NCBI GenBank assembly: GCA_902597795.1
Contig: CACJZA010000005.1
Span: 12,082 to 76,081 of the forward strand
Length of the DNA: 64,000 nt
DNA from: an uncultured Alphaproteobacteria bacterium
Lineage (GTDB): Bacteria; Pseudomonadota; Alphaproteobacteria; HIMB59; GCA-002718135
Direction: 5' to 3'
The notes under the pieces: generated by a model
Seen by the model: only the letters and a program-made list of their open reading frames with translations
The model's database searches: none
Told to the model about the DNA's origin: nothing
Part shown: positions 1 through 10,177 of the stretch, piece after piece
Numbering within the stretch: the first letter of the stretch is position 1
Layout of the letters: the number at the start of each line of letters is the position of its first letter
Translations under genes and position numbers: made by a program

Positions 1-183
1 AAAATTGATTTTGAAGTACTAAACAATGATGAACGCTCATCTAGCGTAACAGCAGACAATGTTGAATTTAGAGATATTAGTAAAGTGAATATTGTTTCTT
101 CAGATGAAAATAAATGCACTGTATTATTCGATAGTAAGCACTCTATTGAAGATAAAATTTTGAATGAGCAATTTAATTATTAA
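1..183 (+). CDS. nadK: NAD kinase, C-terminal fragment (gene starts before the window)
   Basis: Frame 1 is open from base 1 to TAA at 181-183 and reads ...SVTADNVEFRDISKVNI...VLFDSKHSIEDKILNEQFNY. This matches the alphaproteobacterial NAD kinase C-terminus (AD..E.R...LFD.GHSLEERIL.EQF). Not in the ORF track. Confidence 0.7.
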   Translation, partial: KIDFEVLNNDERSSSVTADNVEFRDISKVNIVSSDENKCTVLFDSKHSIEDKILNEQFNY

Positions 184-185
184 AA

Positions 186-560
186 TCAAATTTTTTTAAA
201 AATACAAATCTTGTTACCATCTAAATCCCTTAAATATGCATAATAATCTTTACCATGTCTGGGGCCAGGCATTCCTTCATCTTTTGCTCCAAGACTAATT
301 CCAATTTTATAAAATTCATTAACAGTTTTTTTAGAATTAGCTTTAAAAGTAATCATTGTACCATTTCCTATGGTTGCTTTTTTTTTGTTATGAGGTCTAA
401 TCAAGTATAATTCTATTTTTTTAGGTGTTTCTTTTTTAGCATAACCAAAATAACGATGATGAGATAATACTTTTTTAATTTTTAGAGGTTTTAAAATTTT
501 ACTATAAAATGCAGATGATTTTTTTAAATTATTTGTTCCAATAGTAATAAAAGCAAACAT
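186..560 (-). CDS. VOC/glyoxalase family protein
   Basis: 124 aa with ITIGTNNL..S.AFY, GNGTMITF, GAKDEG.PG.R and YYAYLRDLDGNKI motifs typical of VOC family proteins. Confidence 0.85.
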   Translation of the reverse strand: MFAFITIGTNNLKKSSAFYSKILKPLKIKKVLSHHRYFGYAKKETPKKIELYLIRPHNKKKATIGNGTMITFKANSKKTVNEFYKIGISLGAKDEGMPGPRHGKDYYAYLRDLDGNKICIFKKI

Positions 561-571
561 AATTTAATAAT

Positions 572-656
572 TGGTAGCCTCGGCCGGACTTGAACCGGCA
601 CTCCCAAAAGGGCAAGGATTTTAAGTCCTTTGTGTCTACCATTCCACCACGAGGCC
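572..656 (-). tRNA. tRNA-Leu(UAA)
   Basis: Reverse complement GGCCTCGTGGTGGAATGGTAGACACAAAGGACTTAAAATCCTTGCCCTTTTGGGAGTGCCGGTTCAAGTCCGGCCGAGGCTACCA: acceptor stem GGCCTCG/CGAGGCT, anticodon arm AAGGA-CTTAAAA-TCCTT, long variable arm, GTTCAA T-loop and encoded CCA. Confidence 0.97.
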
Positions 657-672
657 TATTTCTGGATTAATA

Positions 673-1419
673 TCAAACTATAGAACTTTTTCCACCATTT
701 AATTCAATCATCTTAGTTATATCATCAACTATTGGTTGAATAGATGTCATCTCCCATGATGAAACAACTATGTTAACACCGCCTGTTTTAGCTGCAAGAT
801 TAAAATAGGGGTAACTTCCGATTGAAGCATTTGTATAATTGTTTTGAATATTTTTTAAATTTTTTGCAATTTTACTTTCGTATAAGTTAGTATTAATTGT
901 TGTAACAAGTTTTGGCTTACCTTTTTTAATTTTTTTCATTAATTCCTCGAACATAACTTGCATTATTTCTGGCACACCAGGTAAAACATAAATATTTTTT
1001 ACAATAAATCCTGGTGCAGCGGTCATTGGATTTAAAATTAGCTCTGAACCAAATGGCATTTTGGCCATTCTTTGCCTGCTTTCATTAAATTCACCTTTTG
1101 GATAATAATTTTCAAGAATCTCAAAAGCCATTTTATTTGTTTCATATTGTAAATTAAAGGCTTCAGATATACTTTCTGAAGTTATATCATCATGAGTTGG
1201 CCCAATTCCTCCAGTAGTAAAAACATAAGAATATTTTGAGCTATATTTAAGAACGTTTTCTATTATTATTTTTTTATCATCCTGGATAACAATGACTTCT
1301 TCTAACTTAATACCAGCTTCTAATAATTTTTTTGCAATATAATTTGAGTTGGTATCTTGGGTCCTACCAGAAAGTATTTCATCACCAATAACGATAACTC
1401 CTGCAGTAAAAGAACTCAT
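673..1419 (-). CDS. cinA: CinA-like molybdopterin-binding / competence-damage inducible protein
   Basis: IGDEILSGRTQDTN, TTGGIGPTHDDIT and LPGVP motifs. No PncC domain. Confidence 0.85.
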   Translation of the reverse strand: MSSFTAGVIVIGDEILSGRTQDTNSNYIAKKLLEAGIKLEEVIVIQDDKKIIIENVLKYSSKYSYVFTTGGIGPTHDDITSESISEAFNLQYETNKMAFEILENYYPKGEFNESRQRMAKMPFGSELILNPMTAAPGFIVKNIYVLPGVPEIMQVMFEELMKKIKKGKPKLVTTINTNLYESKIAKNLKNIQNNYTNASIGSYPYFNLAAKTGGVNIVVSSWEMTSIQPIVDDITKMIELNGGKSSIV

Positions 1420-1476
1420 ATGATTAATTGATATTTTCTATATATTATTTATTAATCGTAAGTAATTATTTTTTAA

Positions 1477-2271
1477 ATGAGAAACAACAATATCCCAATA
1501 CATACGAAAAAAGATTTTGAAGGCATGAGGGAAGCTGGCTCTTTAGCAGCTGATGTTTTAGATTCTTTAAATGAAAAGATTGTTCCAGGAATAAGTACTC
1601 AAGAAATAAATGACATATGTCATAATCAAATTATTCAAAACAAAGCAATACCGGCACCTTTAAATTATAAAGGTTTTCCAAAATCAGTTTGTACATCTGT
1701 TAATCATGTTGTATGTCATGGAATTCCTTCTGAAAGAAAAATTCTATCTGATGGAGATATAGTAAATGTAGATGTAACAGTTATTCTAAATGGTTGGCAT
1801 GGTGATAGTTCAAGAATGTTTGTTGCAGGCAAGACAAATAAAAAAAATTATGAATTTTTGAAAATAACTTATGAATCTTTATTAATTGGTATTAGTGAAG
1901 CTAAACCTGGTAAGCATATTGGTGATATAGGAAATAAAATCCAGAAACTTGCAGAAGGAAAAGGTTATTCTGTAGTAAGAGATTTTTGTGGTCATGGAAT
2001 TGGTAAAGAATTTCATACTCCACCTAGTGTTTTACACTTTGGAGAACCAGGTGAAGGGCCAATGTTAGAACCTGGAATGTTTTTAACAATTGAACCAATG
2101 ATTAATTTAGGTGGATGGCAAACAAAAATACTAAATGATGGATGGACAGCTGTAACAAAAGATAAATCTTTATCTGCTCAATTCGAGCATACAATTGGAA
2201 TAACAGATGAAGGAAATGAAATATTTACATTATCTAAAAATAATACAGCTTTTCCAATAAAGGATGTATAA
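1477..2271 (+). CDS. map: Type I methionine aminopeptidase
   Basis: SVNHVVCHGIP, DVTVI..GWHGDSSR, GHGIG..FH, TIEPMIN and SAQFEHT motifs. Confidence 0.97.
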   Translation: MRNNNIPIHTKKDFEGMREAGSLAADVLDSLNEKIVPGISTQEINDICHNQIIQNKAIPAPLNYKGFPKSVCTSVNHVVCHGIPSERKILSDGDIVNVDVTVILNGWHGDSSRMFVAGKTNKKNYEFLKITYESLLIGISEAKPGKHIGDIGNKIQKLAEGKGYSVVRDFCGHGIGKEFHTPPSVLHFGEPGEGPMLEPGMFLTIEPMINLGGWQTKILNDGWTAVTKDKSLSAQFEHTIGITDEGNEIFTLSKNNTAFPIKDV

Positions 2272-2280
2272 GTAGAAAAA

Positions 2281-3573
2281 ATGATACCTAGATATAATAG
2301 ACCTAAAATTGAAAAGATTTGGTCATTAGAAAATAAATTTACAATTTGGACAGAGATTGAGTGTTTGATTGCAGAAAAACAAGCAATGCTAGGCGTTATT
2401 CCAAAAAAAGCAGCAAAAGAAATAAGAAATAAAGCAAAATTTAATATTAAAGAAATAGAAAAAATTGAAAAAGAAACAAAACATGATGTTGTTGCTTATA
2501 TTAACAATGTAAGCAAATATATTGGCGACTCATCAAAATATTTTCATTTTGGTGTAACATCAAGTGATATTATTGATACTTCATTTTCTGTACAACTTAA
2601 GCAAACCTCTGAAATAATAAGAAAAAGCTTAGTAGAATGTATTAAAAGTTTAAAAATCAAATCTAAAAAATATAAAGACACATTAATGATTGGAAGAAGT
2701 CATGGTATACATGCTGAACCTATTACTTTTGGATTAAAATTATCTTCCTTTTATTTTGAGTTTAAAAGAAATTTAGAAAGACTTGATCAGGCGATCAACG
2801 AAATATCTGTTTGTGCTATTTCTGGACCTGTTGGAACATTTAATTCTATAGACCCACGAGTTCAAGATTATGTAGCAAAAAAACTTAAACTAAATTCTGA
2901 AGATGTATCAACTCAAGTAATTCCAAGAGATAGGCATGCGTATTTTTTCTCAGTACTAGGAATTTTAGCATCTTCTATTGAGAGGTTTGCAGTGGAAATT
3001 CGAAATTTACAAAAAACAGAGGTATTAGAAGTTGAAGAAAGTTTTTCTTCTAAGCAAAAGGGTTCTTCTGCTATGCCTCACAAACGTAACCCAGTATTAA
3101 GTGAGAACTTAACAGGTATCGCACGTTATATTAGAAGTGGTGTAATACCTTCACTAGAAAATGTTGTACTTTGGCACGAGAGAGATATTAGTCATTCTAG
3201 TGTTGAAAGAATTACGACACCAGATATTACAATTGCAACTGATTTTGCACTGAGTCGTTTAAATGGCATTATAAAGAATTTAAAAGTCTATCCAAAAAAT
3301 ATGTTAAAAAATTTGAATATGCTTGGAGGTTTACATAGAACTCACAATATTATGTTAAAACTAATTGAAAAAGGATTGAAAAGACAACAAGCCTATAAAA
3401 TTGTTCAAGAAAGTGCCATGGAAACATGGAATAATAATAAGAATTTTTCTCAAGTTTTACAAAAAAATAAAGAATTAAACAAAAAATTAAATTCAAAAGA
3501 AATCGAAAAAATCATTAAAGATGATAACGATCTAAAGAAAATAGATTGGATTTTTAAAAATAAAATTAAATAG
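2281..3573 (+). CDS. purB: Adenylosuccinate lyase
   Basis: MIPRY start, ETKHDVVA, GRSHGIHAEP, GSSAMPHKRNP and LWHERDISHSSVER. Confidence 0.97.
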   Translation: MIPRYNRPKIEKIWSLENKFTIWTEIECLIAEKQAMLGVIPKKAAKEIRNKAKFNIKEIEKIEKETKHDVVAYINNVSKYIGDSSKYFHFGVTSSDIIDTSFSVQLKQTSEIIRKSLVECIKSLKIKSKKYKDTLMIGRSHGIHAEPITFGLKLSSFYFEFKRNLERLDQAINEISVCAISGPVGTFNSIDPRVQDYVAKKLKLNSEDVSTQVIPRDRHAYFFSVLGILASSIERFAVEIRNLQKTEVLEVEESFSSKQKGSSAMPHKRNPVLSENLTGIARYIRSGVIPSLENVVLWHERDISHSSVERITTPDITIATDFALSRLNGIIKNLKVYPKNMLKNLNMLGGLHRTHNIMLKLIEKGLKRQQAYKIVQESAMETWNNNKNFSQVLQKNKELNKKLNSKEIEKIIKDDNDLKKIDWIFKNKIK

Positions 3574-3610
3574 TCTTTATTTTTTTTAATATCTGAACTA
3601 TTTTATAGGT

Positions 3611-3841
3611 ATGCCAATGACTGTTGAACAAATTGAACAATTTATTAAAGAAGCTATACCAGATGCAACTGTTGAAATTGAAGATCTTAAAGGAGACGGC
3701 GATCATTACAGTGCTACAGTGACGTCAAAATCCTTTTCTGGAAAAACAAGAGTAGAACAACATAAGATGGTTTATGATGCTTTTAATGGTAAAATGGGTA
3801 GTGATTTGCACGCACTTAAGCTAAAAACTGTATCGGAGTAA
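3611..3841 (+). CDS. bolA: BolA family protein
   Basis: DLKGDGDHY, F.GK.RV.QH.MVY and LHAL.L.T motifs. Adjacent to a monothiol glutaredoxin. Confidence 0.92.
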   Translation: MPMTVEQIEQFIKEAIPDATVEIEDLKGDGDHYSATVTSKSFSGKTRVEQHKMVYDAFNGKMGSDLHALKLKTVSE

Positions 3842-3843
3842 TA

Positions 3844-4185
3844 ATGAATAATAACGACCATGTATCTCAAAATATAGAAAATGAAATTAACTCAAATGAT
3901 GTAATGCTTTTCATGAAGGGCACCCCTGTATTTCCAATGTGTGGATTTTCTGCAAGAGTAGTTGAAATATTAAATAAAGTAGGTGTTAAATTTGGAAGTG
4001 TGAATGTGTTAGAGAGTGACGAAATGAGAGAAGGTATTAAAACATATTCTAATTGGCCAACCATACCACAACTTTATGTTAAGAAAGAATTTATAGGTGG
4101 GTGTGATATCATAACTGAAATGTTTGAAAGTGGTGAATTACTAGAATTATTCAATACAAATGGAATAGACGTAAACCCGTCCTAG
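3844..4185 (+). CDS. grxD: Monothiol glutaredoxin (Grx4)
   Basis: LFMKGTP.FP.CGFS, WPTIPQLYV and GGCDI. Confidence 0.96.
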   Translation: MNNNDHVSQNIENEINSNDVMLFMKGTPVFPMCGFSARVVEILNKVGVKFGSVNVLESDEMREGIKTYSNWPTIPQLYVKKEFIGGCDIITEMFESGELLELFNTNGIDVNPS

Positions 4186-4186
4186 A

Positions 4187-5086
4187 TTGTTAAATAATAA
4201 ATTTTCTAAAGGTGTAATATTTTCCTGTATTGCAGCAATTTTTTGGGGGCTTCCACAACCCCTTTTTTTTAATGAATTAAATCACGTTGAGACTATTGAG
4301 GTTGTAGCTCACAGAGGTTTCTGGTCATTTATTTTTTTATTTTTATTATTAATTTTGATTTCAAACATAAGTGATTTTATTGAAATATTTAAATCTAGAA
4401 AAAGAATTTTTATTTTAACAATTACAGCTTTTCTTATTTCAGGTAACTGGGCAGGTTTTATTTATTCTGTAGGACAAGAAAGAGTTCAGGATGCATCAAT
4501 GGGTTACTTTATTACTCCAATGATAAGTATTGTTCTTGGTTATTTTTTTTTAAATGAGAAAATAACTAAGCCTAAATTTGCATCTGTATGTTTTATGTTA
4601 TCAGGTATATTATTCTTATTTATTAATTTAAAACAATTTCCATTCCTAATAATTTGGATTGGAACTTCATGGGCAATATATGGATTATTAAGAAAACAAG
4701 TTAATGTTAATCCCCCAATTGGCTTACTATATGAGACTTTCATAATATCTTTAATATCTACCCCCTACTTAGTTTATTTATTTTGGCAAAATGAAAATAG
4801 TATCTTTAGTATTGATTTGAAGACATCATTATTTTTAATTCTAACAGGAGCTGTAACGATTTTTCCATTATTATTTTTTAATTTGGGCTTAAAATTTATT
4901 CAATTAGGTCTAGCTGGAGTTTTATTTTACTTAGCACCAACATTTCATTTTATAACTTCAGTATTTATTCTTAATGAAGAAATTTTACAAATTAAGTTAA
5001 TATCATTTATAATTATTTGGATAGGAATAATAATTTATATTTATGATAGTTATAAAAAAGAAATTATCTTGAATAATACTCAATAA
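4187..5086 (+). CDS. rarD: RarD / EamA (DMT) family transporter
   Basis: Hydrophobic protein with [24 protein letters not shown](T)..I and G.L.YLAPT motifs. TTG start. Confidence 0.88.
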   Translation: MLNNKFSKGVIFSCIAAIFWGLPQPLFFNELNHVETIEVVAHRGFWSFIFLFLLLILISNISDFIEIFKSRKRIFILTITAFLISGNWAGFIYSVGQERVQDASMGYFITPMISIVLGYFFLNEKITKPKFASVCFMLSGILFLFINLKQFPFLIIWIGTSWAIYGLLRKQVNVNPPIGLLYETFIISLISTPYLVYLFWQNENSIFSIDLKTSLFLILTGAVTIFPLLFFNLGLKFIQLGLAGVLFYLAPTFHFITSVFILNEEILQIKLISFIIIWIGIIIYIYDSYKKEIILNNTQ

Positions 5087-5684
5087 CTAAATTAGGTTCC
5101 ATAGTTACAGGATAAGGAACATCATGAATTAGAGGCGCTCTTAAAAAACGACCCTTAAACTCTTTTACATCAACTTCTAAGTATTCTGGAATTTCTCTTT
5201 CTTGAGAACTAACTGATTCTACAATTAAGTTAATTTCTTTACTTTTATCTCTTATTGAGATTTCATCTCCGTCGCTAACACTATAAGATGGAATGTTCAC
5301 TCTATTTCCATTGACCTTTACATGACCATGATTAACTAGCTGTCTTGCAGAAAAAATTGTAGGTACAAATTTCATTCTATAAACTGTAGCATCTAATCTT
5401 CTTTCTAAAAGTTCAATTAAAATCTGACTTGTATCACCTTTAATATTAGAAGCTTTTTTGAAAATATTCCTAAATTGTCTTTCAGTTAAATCACCGTAAT
5501 AAAATTTAAGTTTTTGCTTAGCAAATAACTGATTTCCATAATCTGATAGTTTCTTTCTTTGTCCCTGTACACCATGCTGACCAGGCTTTGAGTTTCTTCT
5601 ATTAAAAGGGCTCTTAGGTCTCCCCCATAAGTTAACACCTAACCTTCTATCAATTTTGTATTTAGCGTTATGTCTTTTTGTCAT
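5064..5684 (-). CDS. rpsD: 30S ribosomal protein S4
   Basis: [34 protein letters not shown] and VIEYYSR; alphaproteobacterial-type S4. Confidence 0.99.
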   Translation of the reverse strand: MTKRHNAKYKIDRRLGVNLWGRPKSPFNRRNSKPGQHGVQGQRKKLSDYGNQLFAKQKLKFYYGDLTERQFRNIFKKASNIKGDTSQILIELLERRLDATVYRMKFVPTIFSARQLVNHGHVKVNGNRVNIPSYSVSDGDEISIRDKSKEINLIVESVSSQEREIPEYLEVDVKEFKGRFLRAPLIHDVPYPVTMEPNLVIEYYSR

Positions 5685-5696
5685 TATTATGAGGGG

Positions 5697-5724
5697 TATA
5701 TAGTGATTTAAAGTACTATGTCAA
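5697..5724 (-). promoter_or_regulatory. Probable sigma70 promoter of rpsD
   Basis: The minus strand reads TTGACA (5724-5719), a 16-nt spacer, then TATATA (5702-5697) in the context CTATATAC, 12 nt upstream of the ATG. Confidence 0.5.
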
Positions 5725-5747
5725 ATTTAATATACTCAATTTTTGGC

Positions 5748-6458
5748 TTATTTATTAAGTTTTTTAGTAATTCCCCATAATGTCTGCAATTCTTTCTTTG
5801 TGAGAGGGATTTTTGTGAAAATACTATAAATATTATTTTTCATACTTTCTTTTTTTTCACTTGGAGTAAAAAATTTTTTATTTTCAAGTTTCTCAATCAC
5901 ATAATTTAAGAATTTAGATAATTGATATTTACTAATATTATCTTTTTCAATTGAAATAGAATTGGTAATTTTTAAATTATTCAATTCAAATAATTTATGA
6001 CTTAAAACAGTAACTGCATGAGAAAGATTTAATGAATTACTTTTACTACTTGTTTCAATAGTAAAAATAATATCAGATAATCTCAAATCCTCATTTGAAA
6101 GTCCTGAATTTTCAGGACCAAAAAGTATTGCTGTTTTTTTATTAACAATAATTTTTCTTTTAATGAATTTAAAATCATTAGTAGAATTTTTTTCCAAATA
6201 TCTTCTTCTATTCGTTGTGGCCACAACATAAGAAAAATTAGAAAGTGCAATTTCTAAATCATCATAAACTTTAATATTCTTAATAATTTTCGTTGCTTTT
6301 TTTGCTGCATTTATTGATTTATTGTTTAACCATTTATCTCTTGGCGAAACAATAATTAGATCTTTTAAACCAAAGTTGTGCATAACACGAGCAACCATTC
6401 CAATGTTTTCAGGAAGTTGGGGTCTAACTAAAATTATGCTTGGATTTTTTGGAGTCAA
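5748..6458 (-). CDS. trmJ: TrmJ/LasT family tRNA 2'-O-methyltransferase (SPOUT)
   Basis: ILVRPQLPENIGMVAR, FGPENSGLSNE and SLNLSHAV. Confidence 0.88.
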   Translation of the reverse strand: MTPKNPSIILVRPQLPENIGMVARVMHNFGLKDLIIVSPRDKWLNNKSINAAKKATKIIKNIKVYDDLEIALSNFSYVVATTNRRRYLEKNSTNDFKFIKRKIIVNKKTAILFGPENSGLSNEDLRLSDIIFTIETSSKSNSLNLSHAVTVLSHKLFELNNLKITNSISIEKDNISKYQLSKFLNYVIEKLENKKFFTPSEKKESMKNNIYSIFTKIPLTKKELQTLWGITKKLNK

Positions 6459-8041
6459 TTTTTATTCTTTAAATCATTTAATAGCTTAAAAGTAATGCTA
6501 TCAAAAATAGCGCTATAAGATGCATCAATAATATTTGGAGATACGCCAATAGTTGTCCAATGTGTATTAGTGGAATCAGATGATTCAATTAAAACTCTTG
6601 TGATAGCGCCAGTACCTTTTTCTGATGAAAGAATCATAACTTTGTAATCAGTTAACTTTAAATCTTTAAGATCAGGATAATAATCAATTAGGGCTTTTCT
6701 TAATGCACTATCAATAGCATTTACTGGACCATTTCCAGTACCCACTGTCATCATATTTGAATCTTTAACTTTTAAAAATACCGTAGCCTCTGCTTCAGTA
6801 ACAATTTCACCTTTAGCATTCCATCTTCTTTCATCTGTGACTCTAAATTTTTCTAAATTATAAAAATCCTCAAAATGACCAAGATGACGTCTTACTAATA
6901 GTTCAAAACTAGCTAAAGCAGTATCAAATGAATATCCTTCTGATTCTTTTTCCTTAATTATCTCTAAGATATTGTTGATTTCATTTTTAGGTAGATCAAT
7001 ATTAATCTTATTTAATTGATTTAATATATTAGATCTTCCTGCCTGATTTGAAATTACTACGTTTCTAGAATTACCAACAATTTCTGGTTTAATATGTTCA
7101 TAAGTTGAAGAATTTTTTTCTATGGCAGATGCATGTAATCCACCTTTATGAGAGAAAGCATGATCTCCAACATATGGAGCATTTTTTCTTGAAGGCATGT
7201 TTAGAATATCGTTTAATGTTCTAGAAATATGAATTAAATTTTTTAACTTATCTTTTGAAATATTTGTTTTATATTTTGTTTTTAAAACCAAAGATGGAAT
7301 TAAAGAAATTAAATTAGTATTTCCACATCTTTCTCCTAAACCATTAATTGTTCCCTGTATCTGTCTTGCTCCAGCATTAATAGCTGCTAATGCATTTGCA
7401 ACTGCATTGTCAGTATCATTGTGAGCATGTATACCAACATTTTGACCTGGTATAACTTTTACTACTTCTGAAACAATATTGTAAATTTCATCTGGAAGAG
7501 TTCCCCCATTTGTATCACAAAGCACAACCCATCTTGCACCAGCGTCATACGCTACTTTAATACAATTCAATGCAAACTCTTTATTTTCTTTAAAGCCATC
7601 AAAAAAATGTTCTGCATCAAAAATTGGCACTTTGTTTTTATTTTTTATTGATTGAATACTATCACTGATCATTTTTAAATTTTCATCTTCAGATATTTCT
7701 AAAGCGTTTTTTACGTGAAATGATGATGATTTACCTACAATACAAACACAACTTGCGCTTGAATTAATAAGTGCATTTAATCCTGGATCGTTATCTGCAC
7801 TTCTACCTGGTCTTCTTGTCATACCAAAGGCAGTCAATTTACTTTTTGAAAATTTTGTATTTCTAGAAAAAAAATCATTATCGGTAGGATTTGCTCCAGG
7901 CCATCCACCTTCAATGTAATCTATTCCTAAATCATCAAGATGTTGGGATATATTCATTTTATCACTAACAGAAAAATTAACTCCTGTTGTTTGCTGACCA
8001 TCTCTAAGTGTGGTATCGAATAAATATACTTTATCTTCCAT
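6455..8041 (-). CDS. cimA: Citramalate synthase
   Basis: DTTLRDG, YIEGGWPGANP, DAEHFFDG, LCDTNGG, HAHND, QGTINGLGERCGN, HKGGLH and a C-terminal regulatory domain with GNGPVNA. Confidence 0.93.
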   Translation of the reverse strand: MEDKVYLFDTTLRDGQQTTGVNFSVSDKMNISQHLDDLGIDYIEGGWPGANPTDNDFFSRNTKFSKSKLTAFGMTRRPGRSADNDPGLNALINSSASCVCIVGKSSSFHVKNALEISEDENLKMISDSIQSIKNKNKVPIFDAEHFFDGFKENKEFALNCIKVAYDAGARWVVLCDTNGGTLPDEIYNIVSEVVKVIPGQNVGIHAHNDTDNAVANALAAINAGARQIQGTINGLGERCGNTNLISLIPSLVLKTKYKTNISKDKLKNLIHISRTLNDILNMPSRKNAPYVGDHAFSHKGGLHASAIEKNSSTYEHIKPEIVGNSRNVVISNQAGRSNILNQLNKINIDLPKNEINNILEIIKEKESEGYSFDTALASFELLVRRHLGHFEDFYNLEKFRVTDERRWNAKGEIVTEAEATVFLKVKDSNMMTVGTGNGPVNAIDSALRKALIDYYPDLKDLKLTDYKVMILSSEKGTGAITRVLIESSDSTNTHWTTIGVSPNIIDASYSAIFDSITFKLLNDLKNKN

Positions 8042-8079
8042 AATTACTAGATCGCTAATAGAGTATAAATTAAAATTTA

Positions 8080-9414
8080 CTAGATTTTTCCAAGTTTTTG
8101 CAAGATTTCGTCTCTATCAAATAATGGTAGTAGATATTTTAATTCGGGTCCATGAGATTTTCCTGTTAAAATTAACCTCAAAGGCATAAATAAATCTTTT
8201 CCTTTAAGCCCAGTTTTTTTGTTAATTTTTGATGTCCAATGATCCCATGTTGTTTCATCAAAAGGACCCTCGGGTAATTCATCAACTGCCGTATTAATAA
8301 AACTATCATCAATATTTAAATCTTTAGCATTATTTATTTTTGTAATTACTTCTTCCCATTCTTTAGCTTGATTAACAAATGAAATATTATTTTTAATAAA
8401 ACGCCAAAAACTCTCTTTTTGAAAATTAGATTTTATGTTTTTTAACTTATGACTAATCTCATTATAACTAAATAATTTAATAGTATTTTCATTAAGATTT
8501 CTTAAAGATTCAATTGAAAATTTAGCAGAAGATCTAGATAAGCTTTGAATATCAAATTTTTTTACTATTTCATTTAAATCTTTAATTGGATCAATATTAC
8601 TGCTCGAACCAATAAAAAGAAAATAATTAAGTAAAGATATATTTTCGTATCCTTCGTCTCTAAAATTTTCAATTGAAAAACTGCCAAGTCTTTTGCTAAA
8701 ACCCTTACCAGTTTCATCAACTAAGAATGGATGATGAGCAAATGATGGAATAGAGGATTCAAGAGACTTAAAAATTTGAATATGATAAGCAGTATTAGCA
8801 ATGTGATCTTCACCTCTAATAATATGCGTAATTTTTTCTTCAATATCATCAATGACTGAAGGTAAATGGTATAACAATGTTCCATCAGCTCTAATTAAAA
8901 CAGGATCACTCAAATTTTTTGCATCAAATGAAACATCTCCTTTAATGATATCTTTCCAGCCAATATTTTCATGATCTAATTTGAATCTCCAATGGGGTTG
9001 GATTCCAGATTCTATTTTTTTTTCTACTTCTTCATCACTTAGATTTAATGATGATCTATCATAAATAGGTGGTTTCCCAGATGATAACAAAGATTTTTTC
9101 TTTAAAGCTAATTCCTCTTCTGTTTCAAAACATGGATAAAGTCTTTTCTTTTGTTTTAGAATTTGGATTTTCTCATTGTAAATATGCTGTCTAGAGGACT
9201 GATTAAAAGTGTAACTCCAATTTAATCCAAGCCATTTAAGATCATCTTTAATACTTGTCTCAAATTCTTTAGAACTCCTATTGGCATCAGTATCATCAAT
9301 TCTTAATACAAACTCACCTTGATTTTTTTGACAAAAAATCCAATTCAAAATTGCTGATCTAGCATTACCGATATGTATTTTTCCTGTAGGGCTAGGAGCG
9401 AACCTACACTTCAT
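8080..9414 (-). CDS. gltX: Glutamate--tRNA ligase (about 445-aa alphaproteobacterial paralog type)
   Basis: RFAPSPTG..HIGN, LRIDDTD, IRGEDH, the KMSKS-equivalent GFSKR and LFMPLR..LTG..HGPEL. Confidence 0.95.
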   Translation of the reverse strand: MKCRFAPSPTGKIHIGNARSAILNWIFCQKNQGEFVLRIDDTDANRSSKEFETSIKDDLKWLGLNWSYTFNQSSRQHIYNEKIQILKQKKRLYPCFETEEELALKKKSLLSSGKPPIYDRSSLNLSDEEVEKKIESGIQPHWRFKLDHENIGWKDIIKGDVSFDAKNLSDPVLIRADGTLLYHLPSVIDDIEEKITHIIRGEDHIANTAYHIQIFKSLESSIPSFAHHPFLVDETGKGFSKRLGSFSIENFRDEGYENISLLNYFLFIGSSSNIDPIKDLNEIVKKFDIQSLSRSSAKFSIESLRNLNENTIKLFSYNEISHKLKNIKSNFQKESFWRFIKNNISFVNQAKEWEEVITKINNAKDLNIDDSFINTAVDELPEGPFDETTWDHWTSKINKKTGLKGKDLFMPLRLILTGKSHGPELKYLLPLFDRDEILQKLGKI

Positions 9415-9415
9415 A

Positions 9416-10156
9416 TTATTCTTTAGGAATTTCGCAAACGGGAATAGGCTTCATCTTATGAAGATTTGGCTTTCTAATTTTTTCGTATCTACTGTAGTAT
9501 TCACTAGACTTATTTTCCATTGCTTCTTCTAATTGCTTATATGAAAGACCAAGCTGGCTTTCATCATTTCTACTATCATCCCATAAACCATCTGTCGGTG
9601 CTGCGCTAATAATATCTTTTATAACCCCAATTTCTTCGGCTAATTCCCACACCTCAGTTTTAGTACAATCTGCTATTGGCGATATATCTACGCCTCCATC
9701 ACCATATTTTGTATAAAATCCAACACCAAAATCTTCAACTTTATTTCCAGTACCAACAACTATACCATTATTACTTTGAGCGATTTGGTATAGAGTTACC
9801 ATTCTTAGTCTAGATCTTGAATTTGCAAAAGCTAACTCACTATCAAAATTTTGCATCGTATTTTGAAATGTTTTAAAAACATTATCTAGCTCGATTATTT
9901 TTGTTTCTACATTTGGGTAATTTTGCTCTAAATATTCTAAATGTCTTAAACTTAAATCATGTTGTGATGAATTTTGCTTAATAGGCATTGAAACAGCTAT
10001 AGTTTTTAAACCAGTTTGAGCGCATAAGGTGCTAGTAAGAGCTGAATCAACTCCTCCTGACACTCCTATCACTAGTGTAGTTGGGTTATTATTTATAGAT
10101 TTAGCGTAATCTTTAATCCAATTAGAAATGTATGCGATTTTATCTTTTGAATTCAT
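9416..10156 (-). CDS. nadE: NH3-dependent NAD+ synthetase (single domain)
   Basis: SGGVDS P-loop, N.RSRLRM, GTGNKVE, GFYTKYGDG and APTDGLW. No glutaminase domain. Confidence 0.93.
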   Translation of the reverse strand: MNSKDKIAYISNWIKDYAKSINNNPTTLVIGVSGGVDSALTSTLCAQTGLKTIAVSMPIKQNSSQHDLSLRHLEYLEQNYPNVETKIIELDNVFKTFQNTMQNFDSELAFANSRSRLRMVTLYQIAQSNNGIVVGTGNKVEDFGVGFYTKYGDGGVDISPIADCTKTEVWELAEEIGVIKDIISAAPTDGLWDDSRNDESQLGLSYKQLEEAMENKSSEYYSRYEKIRKPNLHKMKPIPVCEIPKE

Positions 10157-10177
10157 AAGTAATATATAAATATAAAT

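Noticed and set aside
572-656. tRNA-Leu as an integration site
   Set aside because: No integrase nearby, and I saw no duplicate of the tRNA 3' end in the window. The flanks are housekeeping-like.
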